DNA of 64,000 nucleotides from Planctomycetaceae bacterium (GTDB lineage Bacteria; Planctomycetota; UBA1135; GCA-002686595): NCBI GenBank assembly GCA_011525785.1, contig WYBT01000044.1, positions 15,996 to 79,995 of the forward strand, read 5' to 3'. Shown piece by piece: positions 55,432 to 64,000 of this stretch (position 1 is its first letter; each line of letters starts with the position of its first letter). The notes under the pieces were generated by a model. It saw only the letters and a program-made list of their open reading frames with translations, ran no database searches and was not told where the DNA came from. The position numbers and the translations under genes were made by a program.

Positions 55432-56262
55432 TCAAGTCCTCTTCACTTGCGCGGGAAACCACGGCACGAAGGCGCTGGTGGTCCGCTGATAGTCGCGGTA
55501 GTCGTCGCCGCGCGAGCGCAGCGCTTGGGCTTCGGTGGGCGGAATGCCGGTCACGAACAGGATCAGGCCGAGCATCACCAGCGGCGCCGCCAAGCCTGCC
55601 GCGCCCCACGGCGCAGCGAAGGCGAGCATGGCGTACGCGATCCACAGACACCACTGGAAGAAGTAGTTGGGATGGCGCGAGTAGCGCCACAGCCCGACGC
55701 GACAGGTGCGGCCGCGGTTGGCGGGATCGCGCTTGAAAGCGGCCAACTGCGCGTCGGCAACGCCTTCGCCGACCAAGCTGACGCACCACAGCGCGAGAGC
55801 GGCGAAATCGGTCGCGCCCAGCGGTCCGCGGCCTGCGCAGGCCAGCGCGAAGGGCAGCGAGAGCAGCACGTCGAGCAGCGCCTGCGCTTGGAAGAAGGCG
55901 AAGAACTTGGGCTGCGCGCTGGCGCCCCACTCGCGCCTCAAGGCGGCGTAGCGCCCGTCTTCGGGGCGTCCACGCGCGCGGTCGGTGTACAGATGCCACG
56001 CGAGGCGCCACGTGGCCGAGGCAACCATCACCGCGAGCGCGGTGCGCCGCGCGGGTTCGCCGCTCGACAGGACGGCGTAGAGCACGGCCAGGACTCCCAG
56101 CAGCGCCGACCACGCGATGTCGACGCTGGTCGCATCCTTGGTGCGCGTCTGACGCCACCACAGCGCGCCCATCACGCCCGCACACACCGGCCAGCCCAGC
56201 GCGAGCAGCCGTCCGACTTCGCGCCACGCTGCGGCCGCGTCCTGCACGCCTTCGCCGCTCAC
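55432..56262 (-). CDS. DUF1295 family membrane protein (steroid-5-alpha-reductase / ICMT-like)
   Basis: 6 TM segments. The LWRYSRHPNYFFQWCLW motif is typical of DUF1295. GTG start at 56260-56262. Confidence 0.65.
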   Translation of the reverse strand: MSGEGVQDAAAAWREVGRLLALGWPVCAGVMGALWWRQTRTKDATSVDIAWSALLGVLAVLYAVLSSGEPARRTALAVMVASATWRLAWHLYTDRARGRPEDGRYAALRREWGASAQPKFFAFFQAQALLDVLLSLPFALACAGRGPLGATDFAALALWCVSLVGEGVADAQLAAFKRDPANRGRTCRVGLWRYSRHPNYFFQWCLWIAYAMLAFAAPWGAAGLAAPLVMLGLILFVTGIPPTEAQALRSRGDDYRDYQRTTSAFVPWFPAQVKRT

Positions 56263-56324
56263 TGCGCACCTGCCGGGCCTGAAGACGGACGCGAGAGGTG
56301 GGCGAAGCGGTCGATCATGGCGGC

Positions 56325-57338
56325 TCAGACGTGGTTACGCAGCATCAGCTCCTTTGGATGCGGCGCCAGGTAGACCTGCTCGGCCAGGTACTCGACGCCG
56401 CGCGCGCGCACGTGGTGGCGGATCAGGGTGAGCGGGACGATCAGCGGAACGAGCGAGGCGCGGTAGTCGCTCAGCGCCTGGTGCAGCTCGGCGCGGCTGG
56501 GCTCGTCGAGCTCGTCCTTGAAGTAGCCCGCCATGTGCTGGAGCACGTTGTAGTGCCGGCCGCGCGTCGCGGGCTTGGCCATGGCCTGCGCGAAGCCCAG
56601 GCCGTACTCCTCGCACAACTGCGCGCGCGGGAGCTGCTTGCCGCGCGCGACCAGCCGGCCGAGCGAGGCGTAGTGCTCCGGACTGTGCGCCAGGAGCAGG
56701 TATTTGTGCGCGGCGTGGAACGCGACGAGCTTGCCCAGCGCAAAGGGCTGCGCCGCGAAGTCGCGCCAGCGCCGGTAGGCGAACACGCGCTCGACGAAGG
56801 TCTCGCGCAGCTTGGCGTCGTTGAGCCGGCCGTCTTCTTCGACGGGCAGCAGCGGCAAGCGCTCCATCAGCACGCGCGCGAACAGCCCGCGGCCCTTGCG
56901 CACGCTCATGCCGCCCTTGCCGTAGACCTTCACGCGCTCCATGCCGCAGCTGGGGCTGTCGCTCTTGAGCACGTAGCCGCACAGCTCGAGCTTCGCGAGC
57001 GCCTCGACGCGACGCTCCGCCCAGGCGACGAGCGTGCTGGTGTAGTCGTCGCCCGACCCGCCGAACACCAGGCTGGGATTGTCCGGATCGCCGACCAGCC
57101 GCAGCGTGGGCCGCGGGATCGAGAGGCCGCTCTCGACTTCGGGGCACACGCGCACGAACTCGACGAAGCGGCCGAGCAGATCGGTCACGAAGCGGTCGCG
57201 CTTGTGGCCGCCGTCCCAGCGCACTTCGTCGCCGAGCAGGCAGGCGCTCACGCCGATGCGAATCGGCGCGGCGCCGGATTCAGCGCCGGATTCAGCGCCC
57301 GAGTCGCGCGAGGAGCTCGTGGAATTCGCGGAAGTCAC
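56325..57338 (-). CDS. DUF523 (YbbK-like) + DUF1722 fusion protein
   Basis: IRIGVSACLLGDEVRWDGGHK (DUF523 N-terminal consensus) and a C-terminal DUF1722 helical domain. The start is uncertain: I propose GTG at 57338, overlapping the upstream gene by 47 nt. The Arg-rich ORF-track extension to 57470 is rejected. Confidence 0.5.
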   Translation of the reverse strand: MTSANSTSSSRDSGAESGAESGAAPIRIGVSACLLGDEVRWDGGHKRDRFVTDLLGRFVEFVRVCPEVESGLSIPRPTLRLVGDPDNPSLVFGGSGDDYTSTLVAWAERRVEALAKLELCGYVLKSDSPSCGMERVKVYGKGGMSVRKGRGLFARVLMERLPLLPVEEDGRLNDAKLRETFVERVFAYRRWRDFAAQPFALGKLVAFHAAHKYLLLAHSPEHYASLGRLVARGKQLPRAQLCEEYGLGFAQAMAKPATRGRHYNVLQHMAGYFKDELDEPSRAELHQALSDYRASLVPLIVPLTLIRHHVRARGVEYLAEQVYLAPHPKELMLRNHV

Positions 57339-58110
57339 GTACGCGTTGGAAGGGCGGGAGGTGTGGCGCGGGTTCCGGCCACAGTCCGCGCCCGCCGAGC
57401 ACCAGGTGCACGTCGTGCGCCTGACACGCGCTCGCCAGCGTGAAGGCCTGGTTGCGCAAGCGCTCGGCATCGGCGCCGACGCCGGTTTCGGCGGCCGAGA
57501 GGGCGAGCATATCGCAGCCGCCGTCCTCGACGCGCTTGATCAACTCGGCCGTCGGCGACTGGCGACCCGCCCACTGGCTGTTCCAACCGTGCTCGCGCAG
57601 CGAGAGCTCGGCGAGGAGCAGGCCCAGCGTGTGGTCGTCGCCCTCGCTGGTCGCGAGCAGGCAGCGCGGAGCGTTGGGCGAGACCGCCAGCGACTCGACG
57701 CAGCGCGCCAGTCCGCGCGAGAGGCGCTCGCTGGCCGCGTGCTCTTGCAGCACGCTGACCTCGCCGCGCTTCCAGCGCTCGCCGACTTCCTTCATCACGG
57801 CGGCGATGAGCTCGGCCACTTGCCACCAGGAACCCAGGCGCGAGCGGTCGAACAGAAGGGCGCTGTGGACCTCGTAGGGACCGCAGTCGCCGTTGATCAG
57901 GCGGAACCAGGCGTCGATTTGCGCCGGGTCCGGGGCGTGAACCTCGCGCTGACGCAGGCGGAAGCGCTCGACCTCTTCGCGGGCGAAGCGGCGGTGCTTG
58001 CCTGGCGTGCGCAGGCAGGGGAGGAGTCCGGAGTCTGCCCAGCGCTTGACGCTGGTGGGTCCGACTCCGAGCAATTTGGCCACATCGGCACTGGTCATGA
58101 ATTCGTCCAT
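57292..58110 (-). CDS. MerR-family regulator with cobalamin-binding domain (CarH/LitR-like light-responsive repressor)
   Basis: N-terminal MerR HTH ([26 protein letters not shown]). The B12-binding domain has a W...EH element (SWWQVAE...LQEHAAS) and the canonical DxHxxG motif ([12 protein letters not shown]). It is the first gene of the lipid operon, divergent from the SDR and photolyase genes. Confidence 0.7.
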   Translation of the reverse strand: MDEFMTSADVAKLLGVGPTSVKRWADSGLLPCLRTPGKHRRFAREEVERFRLRQREVHAPDPAQIDAWFRLINGDCGPYEVHSALLFDRSRLGSWWQVAELIAAVMKEVGERWKRGEVSVLQEHAASERLSRGLARCVESLAVSPNAPRCLLATSEGDDHTLGLLLAELSLREHGWNSQWAGRQSPTAELIKRVEDGGCDMLALSAAETGVGADAERLRNQAFTLASACQAHDVHLVLGGRGLWPEPAPHLPPFQRVRDFREFHELLARLGR

Positions 58111-58203
58111 GGCGGCCCTGGTCTGGCACCAGATGGGAACGGTTTCTAGTCGAAATACGCCTATGTCGGTTGTTTTTCGGTGCCCTGGACCCAGGATTCG
58201 ACC
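58111..58203. promoter_or_regulatory. Divergent promoter / operator region between the carH-like operon and the SDR-SRPBCC/photolyase genes
   Basis: 93-bp intergenic region (ggcggccctggtctggcaccagatgggaacggtttctagtcgaaatacgcctatgtcggttgtttttcggtgccctggaccc), relatively AT-rich. A CarH/LitR-type operator is expected here. Confidence 0.35.
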
Positions 58204-59745
58204 ATGAAGCCCTCGCAAATCAACCAGGCCCTGTCCACCGTCCTCGTCAGCGGAGCGACCGGATTCGTCGGCCGCCAGCTGTGTCTGCGCCTGGCCCGCG
58301 AGGGGGTTCGAGTGATCGCCTGGGTGCGCTCGCCCGAGCAGGCGCGGGGCAGCCTGGGACAAGGGCCCGAGCTGCTGGCGGTGGATGCTCCGCAGGAGAC
58401 GCTGGTCGCCGCCCTGGAGCGTTGCGACGCGGTGATTCACCTCGCCGGCGCGGGGATCTTCGACCGCCGCTGGTCGGAGGCGCGCAAGCGCGAACTGCGC
58501 GCGAGCCGCGTCGACACCACGGCCAAGCTGGTGCAGGCCCTGGCGCGCTGTGCGCACAAACCCGCGCTGGTCAGCGCCAGCGCCGTGGGCTGGTACGGAC
58601 CGCGCGGCGACGAAGCGCTCGACGAGGACTCGGCGCCCGGCGCCGACTACCTGGGCGGCCTGTGTCGCGACTGGGAGCAGAGCGCCCTCGCCGCCCGCGA
58701 GCACGGGGTGCGCGTCGCGATCGCCCGCATCGGCATCGTGCTGGGCCTGGGCGGCGGCGCGCTCGAGCGCATGCTGCCCCCCTTCCGCCTCGGCTTGGGC
58801 GGGCCGCTCGGCTCCGGGCGCCAGTGGATGAGCTGGATCCACGCCGAGGACCTGGTCGAGCTGCTGGTGCGCGCCGCGCGCGACGAACGCTTCCAGGGCG
58901 TGTTCAACGCCGTCGCGCCGACGCCTGCGACCAACCGCGACTTCACGCGCGCCCTGGCCCGTGCGCTGCGCCGTCCAGCTTTCCTGCCGGCGCCCGGCTT
59001 CGCGCTGCGACTAGCGCTTGGCGAGGCGGCCAATGTGCTGCTCACTGGTCAACGCGTCACTCCGCGCCGCGCACGCGAGTGGGGCTTCGAGTTCCGCTAT
59101 CCGACCCTCGAGGTCGCGCTCGAGCAGCTCGTGGGCCGCGCCTCGAGCGTTTCGATCGGCCCGGCGCGCGACGTGCCCGCGTGCGACTACCTCGCGCGCT
59201 CCGCGCCGCGCTACTTGCTCGCCCAGGACACGCTCGTCCCCGCGCCGCTCGAGGAGGTGTTCGCGTTCTTCTCGCGCTCCGAGAACCTGGGCGCGATCAC
59301 GCCCGCGGCGATGAGCTTCCGCATGCTCTCGCCGGCCGGACAGCCGATGCACGCCGGGCGCGAGATCGACTACGCCATTCGCGTCGGGCCGGTCCCCATG
59401 CGCTGGCGCTCGCGCATCGAGGCCTTCACGAACGGCGAGGGCTTCGTCGACAGCCAGCTGCGCGGGCCCTACGCGAACTGGTGGCACGAGCACCGCTTCG
59501 AGCGCGCGGCCAACGGCACGACGCTGATGCGCGACCGCGTGTGGTACGCGCCGCCGCTCGGCCCGCTCGGCGCCATCGCGCAGCGTCTGCTCGTCGCGCC
59601 GCAGCTCGAGGCTGTCTTCCGCTACCGCGAGCACGCCATCGCGCTGCGCTTCGGCCGCGTCGCGCAAACCGCGACAGCGCCCGCGAACCTCGCGCCGGCT
59701 GCCGGGCATCAAGAAAAGGGCCCACGAACGCTCGCACGTTCATGA
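58204..59745 (+). CDS. Epimerase/SDR-like (TIGR01777 / DUF1731, YfcH-like) protein fused to a C-terminal SRPBCC (polyketide-cyclase-like) domain
   Basis: [18 protein letters not shown]ossmann motif. The DUF1731-type tail is followed by an extra ~170-aa SRPBCC-like domain. ATG at 58204. Confidence 0.65.
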   Translation: MKPSQINQALSTVLVSGATGFVGRQLCLRLAREGVRVIAWVRSPEQARGSLGQGPELLAVDAPQETLVAALERCDAVIHLAGAGIFDRRWSEARKRELRASRVDTTAKLVQALARCAHKPALVSASAVGWYGPRGDEALDEDSAPGADYLGGLCRDWEQSALAAREHGVRVAIARIGIVLGLGGGALERMLPPFRLGLGGPLGSGRQWMSWIHAEDLVELLVRAARDERFQGVFNAVAPTPATNRDFTRALARALRRPAFLPAPGFALRLALGEAANVLLTGQRVTPRRAREWGFEFRYPTLEVALEQLVGRASSVSIGPARDVPACDYLARSAPRYLLAQDTLVPAPLEEVFAFFSRSENLGAITPAAMSFRMLSPAGQPMHAGREIDYAIRVGPVPMRWRSRIEAFTNGEGFVDSQLRGPYANWWHEHRFERAANGTTLMRDRVWYAPPLGPLGAIAQRLLVAPQLEAVFRYREHAIALRFGRVAQTATAPANLAPAAGHQEKGPRTLARS

Positions 59746-59936
59746 GCCCTGGTCGTCGCGGCCTGCGCCGAGCAGATCGCTCTGGGCCGGTGGAGAGCTT
59801 CGGTGTGGAACAAGCGCCCTGCGCCAGCGGACAACCCTGAGGGCCTTTGTGCGCCAGTGGCGCCGCCGCTTCAACTGTCGATTTTGACATGCTCGCGCGG
59901 CGAGCGTCGCAGCGCCTGCACCCCGTCGTCCCCCAC

Positions 59937-61433
59937 ATGACCTCCGCCGCTACTGCTCTCGAATCTCCGCCGCTGCGCCTGCGCGCCGCCAACGAGCGGC
60001 CCTGGCGTTCGAAGGGCGACCACGTGCTGTATTGGATGAGCGCCGCGCGCCGCGGAGGCTTCAACTTCGCCCTGCAGCACGCGGCCGCGCGCGCCGCGCA
60101 GTTGGGCAAGCCGCTGATCGTGCTCGAGGCCCTGCGCTGCGACTACCGCTGGGCCAGCGCGCGACTGCACCGCTTCGTGCTCGACGGGATGCGCGACAAC
60201 GCGCGCTGGTTCGCCGAGCGCGGCGTCGCGTACCACGCCTACGTGGAGCCCGAGGTCGGCGCCGGCAAGGGACTGGTCCGGGCGCTCTCCGAGCGCGCCT
60301 GCGGAGTCGTCACCGACGAGTTCCCGTGCTTCTTCCTGCCGCGCATGCTCGCGGCCGCTGCGGCGCAGTGCCCGGCGCGGCTCGAGGTCGTCGACAGCAA
60401 CGGGCTCTTGCCGCTCCAAGCGGCGCCGAACGACTTCCCCACCGCCTACGCGTTCCGGCGCTTCCTCCAGAAGGAGTTGCCAGCGCATTTGGGCGCGGCG
60501 CCGATCGCGGATGCGCTCGCGCACGTGAAGCTGCCCGGCGCGTCGATTCCTGCCGCGATCGCCGCGCGCTGGCCCGCGGCGACGGATGCGTTGCTCGCGG
60601 GCGACGCGCGCGAGCTCGCACGACTGCCGATCGACGCGAGCGTGGCGACCACGGCGTTGCGCGGCGGCGCGCAGGCCGCTCGCGCGGCGTTGAAGCGCTT
60701 CCTCGACGTCAAGCTCGTCGACTACGGCGAGAAGCGCAATCAACCCGAGCCGGAGATGACCAGCCGGCTGTCGCCGTACCTGCACTTCGGACACGTCAGC
60801 GTGCACGAGGTGCTGGCCGAGCTCGCGCGCCGCGAACAGTGGACTCCCGCGCGCGTGGCGAGCAAGGCGAACGGCAAACGCGAAGGCTGGTGGAACATGA
60901 GCCAGCCCGCCGAGGGCTTCCTCGACGAACTCGTGACCTGGCGCGAGCTGGGCTACGTGTTCTGCGCGCGCCGAGCAGACTACGAGCGCTACGAGTCGCT
61001 GCCGGCCTTTGCGCTCGCGACGCTCGACAAGCACGCCGCCGACCCTCGGCCGCACGTGTACTCGCTCGAGCAGTTCGAACGCGCGCAAACCCACGACCGC
61101 GTGTGGAACGCCGCGCAGCGCCAACTGCTGCGCGAGGGCTACATCCACAACTACCTGCGCATGTTGTGGGGCAAGAAGATCCTGGAGTGGTCGCGCACGC
61201 CGCGCGAGGCGCTCGCCGTGTTGATCGAGCTCAACAACCGCTACGCGCTCGACGGGCGCAACCCCAACTCCTACAGCGGCATCTTCTGGACGCTGGGGCG
61301 TTTCGATCGCCCGTGGCCCGAGCGGCCGATCTTCGGGACCGTGCGCTGCATGACCAGCGACTCGACCGAGCGCAAGCTCGACCTCGAGCCGTACCTCGCG
61401 AAGTACGGCGAGGCGGGCTTGTTCGCGAGCTAG
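59937..61433 (+). CDS. phr: Class II CPD deoxyribodipyrimidine photolyase
   Basis: Strong collinear similarity to class II photolyases: GDHVLYWMSAARR, RLSPYLHFGHVS, YIHNYLRMLWGKKILEWSRTPREALAVLIELNNRYALDGRNPNSYSGIFW, FGTVRCMTSDS...KLDLEPYLAKY. Confidence 0.85.
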   Translation: MTSAATALESPPLRLRAANERPWRSKGDHVLYWMSAARRGGFNFALQHAAARAAQLGKPLIVLEALRCDYRWASARLHRFVLDGMRDNARWFAERGVAYHAYVEPEVGAGKGLVRALSERACGVVTDEFPCFFLPRMLAAAAAQCPARLEVVDSNGLLPLQAAPNDFPTAYAFRRFLQKELPAHLGAAPIADALAHVKLPGASIPAAIAARWPAATDALLAGDARELARLPIDASVATTALRGGAQAARAALKRFLDVKLVDYGEKRNQPEPEMTSRLSPYLHFGHVSVHEVLAELARREQWTPARVASKANGKREGWWNMSQPAEGFLDELVTWRELGYVFCARRADYERYESLPAFALATLDKHAADPRPHVYSLEQFERAQTHDRVWNAAQRQLLREGYIHNYLRMLWGKKILEWSRTPREALAVLIELNNRYALDGRNPNSYSGIFWTLGRFDRPWPERPIFGTVRCMTSDSTERKLDLEPYLAKYGEAGLFAS

Positions 61434-61446
61434 AGCGCAACGCTCG

Positions 61447-62136
61447 TCACGCGCGCTCGACGTTGACCACGCTCGGCGCCCAGGCGCGCACCGCGAGTTC
61501 TCTCGCGTAGTGCGTGAGCGGCGCGCCGCGCAACGGGCCGAAGCCGGCCGCCGTCGACAGCGTCTGCTCGCCGAAGTCGGCGCGCGCGAGCTGCAGCGGC
61601 CAGGGCTCGTGGTCGATCTCGCCGCACAGCACGCGGCCGCCGGAGTCGAGCGCGTAGAGGCAGTAGCGCTCGGTGAGAAAGTGCTCGAGCGTGCCGGACT
61701 TCGCGCGGAACAGCGGACCGCTGGGCGCGTAGCTCACGCGCACGCGCGCCGCCGGTGCGCCCGACTGCGAACGCTCGCTCTCGTACTCGAGCGCTGCGCC
61801 TCGCACGGTCGCGCGCATCCGCGCCGTGAAGTACGGCAAGTGGAACAGCGCGCGGGCGCCGGCCACGGCCAGGGCGCTCTGAGCGTCGAGGCTGAAGAAC
61901 CACACGCCGGGACGCCCGCCGACGCGCACGTAGGTGCGCAGGTTCAGCTCGAGGAAGTCCTCGCCGAAGCCGAGCGAGGGCAAGCCGCGAAAGCGCGTGT
62001 CCGCCATGCGGAAGGGCACGACGCCCAGCCAGCCGCGGCCCTCGAAGGTGTCGAGCTCGAACGCGGGCGGGACGAGCGCGCGGAGTTCAGCGAGCGCGAC
62101 GGGCCAGTGCGCGAACAACAGCTCGCGCCAACGCAT
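61447..62136 (-). CDS. DUF2071 (YqjF-like) family protein
   Basis: MRWRELLFAHWPVALAELRALVPPAFELDTFEGRGWLGVVPFRM matches the DUF2071 N-terminal consensus. ATG at 62134-62136. Confidence 0.55.
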   Translation of the reverse strand: MRWRELLFAHWPVALAELRALVPPAFELDTFEGRGWLGVVPFRMADTRFRGLPSLGFGEDFLELNLRTYVRVGGRPGVWFFSLDAQSALAVAGARALFHLPYFTARMRATVRGAALEYESERSQSGAPAARVRVSYAPSGPLFRAKSGTLEHFLTERYCLYALDSGGRVLCGEIDHEPWPLQLARADFGEQTLSTAAGFGPLRGAPLTHYARELAVRAWAPSVVNVERA

Positions 62137-62410
62137 CTCGAGCGCGTGCGGCGCCGAGGGCGCGGGCCAAGGTCGGTGGGAATCCACTCCGCAGACCCTC
62201 GCCTCCCAGACCCCGCGTGTCCACGACGGAGTGCAGCGGACGCGCGCCGAGATCGACCAAAAGCCGGTCACGCCGCAGCATTCGAGCTGCCGTCGAATCA
62301 ACAGGCGTTCTCATGGAAGCGTGGGCCCCCCCGCTGCGAATCAGCAGCCCCTCCGGCCGCACCGAGTTGCCGATGGATCGTGGAGCACCGACCCAGGCGT
62401 AGAAGGCGGC

Positions 62411-62441
62411 GCCCGCCCAGCCGGTTTTCGGCTGGGCGGGC
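62411..62441. terminator. Perfect 13-bp palindromic hairpin (GCCCGCCCAGCCG-gtttt-CGGCTGGGCGGGC) 30 nt downstream of the last gene
   Basis: A perfect stem with a 5-nt loop immediately 3' of the minus-strand gene that ends at 62471. There is no strong U-tract on either side. It could be a factor-dependent or bidirectional terminator. Confidence 0.35.
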
Positions 62442-62470
62442 TGTCTGTCGCCGGTCGCGATCGCGAACGT

Positions 62471-64000
62471 TCAGGGTAGCTCGTCCTTCACGAGCGCCCT
62501 TGCCTCGCCAGTCTCAGGGAAGCTCCACTGCGTCCACGCAGCTTGGCTGTTGTCAACCGTAACGCCCTGAGGGTTGGTGTAGATGAACGTGCGCGCCGGG
62601 AGCAAGAGAAGCGCCAGGCCAGTGCCGGTGCCTGGGACCGGGATCGGAGGGTCCGGAGGAGGCTGGACTTCCAGGCACTGCGGACTGTCGGTCACGACGT
62701 GAGGCATGGCGAACCACCGTTCCCGGTCCACTTCCACGACCGCGTCGATCACGAACCACAGCTCGTCGTTCGCCGCGAGAGTGGAGTCGGTGAAGTTGAA
62801 CTCGATCGATGTGGCGCCCGCGCTGTTCGTGAGGATCGTGGAGAAGAGCAGGCGGCCCTCGTAGTTGTCGCCCGAGTTCACCCCGTCGAGATCGAGTTGG
62901 ACGCCGCAGTTCGGCGTGGCGCCGTAGAGCTCCAAACGCGCCAGGTCGGCGGCCGCAGTTCCGAATCCCGGCGTGATGGGATGGACGCTGCGCAGCACGG
63001 TCTCGGACACCCGCTTCGAGAACAAACGGCCGATCACAACGCGATCGGGCGCCGGTTCGTGCTCGAACGCCGCACCTCCGGCCGCCAACTGTCCGCCGCG
63101 TACGAACGAGACCGTGAAGTCCAGCTTGCCTGAAATCAGGTGGGTCGCCGGATCACGTGTGATCCAGTCGAACTCGCTCGCCGAAACGAAGTGCTCGTGT
63201 TGCCGCTGGCGATCGCCGACGCGGGTTTGCGGACTGAACTCGGCGTTCGAGGCGCCGAGACCGAAAGTGGGCAGCAGGAACGGCTTGGTCGCAGTCGCGC
63301 TCGTCGGACCGAAGCTGATCGGCGCGCTGGCCTGGCCCGACGCGTTGGTGAGCACGATCTCGCCGGCGTACTGAATCGTGACGTCCGTGTTGAGCGTGCC
63401 GATCGGAACCGCAGTCACTCCGCCCACATCGCCGATTTCCGTCGACGACAAGAGCCCATTCAACATGAACGCGTGCACACGCGAGAGCTGAGTGTGCTGC
63501 ACTTCCTTGGCCAAGTTCGTGGAGTTGTGAGGCCAGTAGCGCACGATGGCCTTGGTCGGCTCGACGGTCTCGAACCGCAGCCGCGCTGTGCGCGTGGTGA
63601 TCCACGGCACATCGAACGAGCCGGCGACGAGCGCAGGCGCAGCCGACGTTCCCGGTTGGGTAGGGTTCACTGGCGAGGGGTCGAGCGCCGTGACGTGCCC
63701 GTCGTTGTCTTGATCGACGCCGAAGCCCTCGCCCCGGCCCACCGGCAACCCAACGAACACGTGGTCCTCCCCGCCAGACGCGGCAGCCGTCTTGAACTGC
63801 TGCAACGTCCGAACACTGAGGCCGTCGTCGCACACGAATTGATCCGTGGCGCGACGGTAGACCCAGTGCCGCACGCCGCTGGCGGCAGTCGACACGCCGA
63901 AAACAGCGATGTCGCAGTTGGCGGCTGGCCCCCAAGGGTCCGTGGCGCCTGGATTGGCCTGTGAATGGAGGAAGTCGAGTTCGAGTCCGATCGCAGCTCG
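62471..64000 (-). CDS. Hypothetical Thr/Ser/Asn/Gly-rich protein, lower GC; N-terminus probably lies beyond the window
   Basis: The frame stays open from 62471 through the window end, and the track start at 63895 is only the first GTG. GC content drops to roughly 62% against ~72% elsewhere. No recognisable catalytic motifs, but it has a Pro-rich PPPDPPIPVPGTGTG segment. Confidence 0.4.
   Translation of the reverse strand, partial: RAAIGLELDFLHSQANPGATDPWGPAANCDIAVFGVSTAASGVRHWVYRRATDQFVCDDGLSVRTLQQFKTAAASGGEDHVFVGLPVGRGEGFGVDQDNDGHVTALDPSPVNPTQPGTSAAPALVAGSFDVPWITTRTARLRFETVEPTKAIVRYWPHNSTNLAKEVQHTQLSRVHAFMLNGLLSSTEIGDVGGVTAVPIGTLNTDVTIQYAGEIVLTNASGQASAPISFGPTSATATKPFLLPTFGLGASNAEFSPQTRVGDRQRQHEHFVSASEFDWITRDPATHLISGKLDFTVSFVRGGQLAAGGAAFEHEPAPDRVVIGRLFSKRVSETVLRSVHPITPGFGTAAADLARLELYGATPNCGVQLDLDGVNSGDNYEGRLLFSTILTNSAGATSIEFNFTDSTLAANDELWFVIDAVVEVDRERWFAMPHVVTDSPQCLEVQPPPDPPIPVPGTGTGLALLLLPARTFIYTNPQGVTVDNSQAAWTQWSFPETGEARALVKDELP

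Noticed and set aside
57079-58149. 356-aa plus-strand ORF across the carH-like / DUF523 junction
   Set aside because: Antisense to two well-supported minus-strand genes, with no motifs.
63153-63935. 260-aa alternative minus-strand frame inside the last gene
   Set aside because: Arg/Cys-rich composition. The overlapping frame 62471..64000 is longer and open to the window edge.

Overview
This is a roughly 70% GC bacterial chromosomal window whose gene content fits a myxobacterium-like (Myxococcota-type) genome: a Ser/Thr kinase with TPR repeats, many TPR and HEAT proteins, an ECF sigma/anti-sigma pair, a sigma-54-activator-like regulator and a CarH-type regulator. I could not see any rRNA, tRNA, CRISPR array or obvious mobile element. 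I support about 50 protein-coding genes, many of them translationally coupled through ATGA or GTGA overlaps. The ORF track translates GTG and TTG starts as M, so several starts given below are actually GTG or TTG.

Housekeeping genes include pdxA, queG, queA, thiE, fabI and corA. There is a TamB/TamA outer-membrane assembly pair, and a flotillin with an NfeD partner.

The most striking region is 49.5-61.4 kb. A nine-gene minus-strand operon is headed by a MerR-type regulator with a B12-binding domain (CarH/LitR-like photoreceptor). It encodes two cyclopropane-fatty-acid-synthase-family methylases, a DUF1365 protein, an FAD-dependent amine-oxidase-like oxidoreductase, a membrane desaturase, DUF1295, DUF2878 and DUF523/DUF1722 proteins. 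Divergent from it are an SDR-SRPBCC fusion gene and a class II CPD photolyase. Together this looks like a light-controlled membrane-lipid remodelling (furan-fatty-acid-type) and DNA-repair module.

Other notable items:
- a GNAT-MerB-like (alkylmercury lyase family) fusion lying convergent to an AAC(3)-I-like acetyltransferase
- an orphan FlhB-C-terminal-like / FliK-like pair with no other flagellar genes in the window
- a strong orphan intrinsic terminator, and a possible sRNA, in a 370-bp intergenic gap
- a sigma-54-activator-like protein lacking GAFTGA, coupled to a sigma-region-4-like protein that carries DYE-rich tandem repeats
- a corA-tamB-tamA coupled operon
- a lower-GC partial gene at the 3' end that may be foreign.

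Many long Arg/Ala-rich ORFs in the six-frame track are antisense artefacts of the high GC content and I have rejected them.
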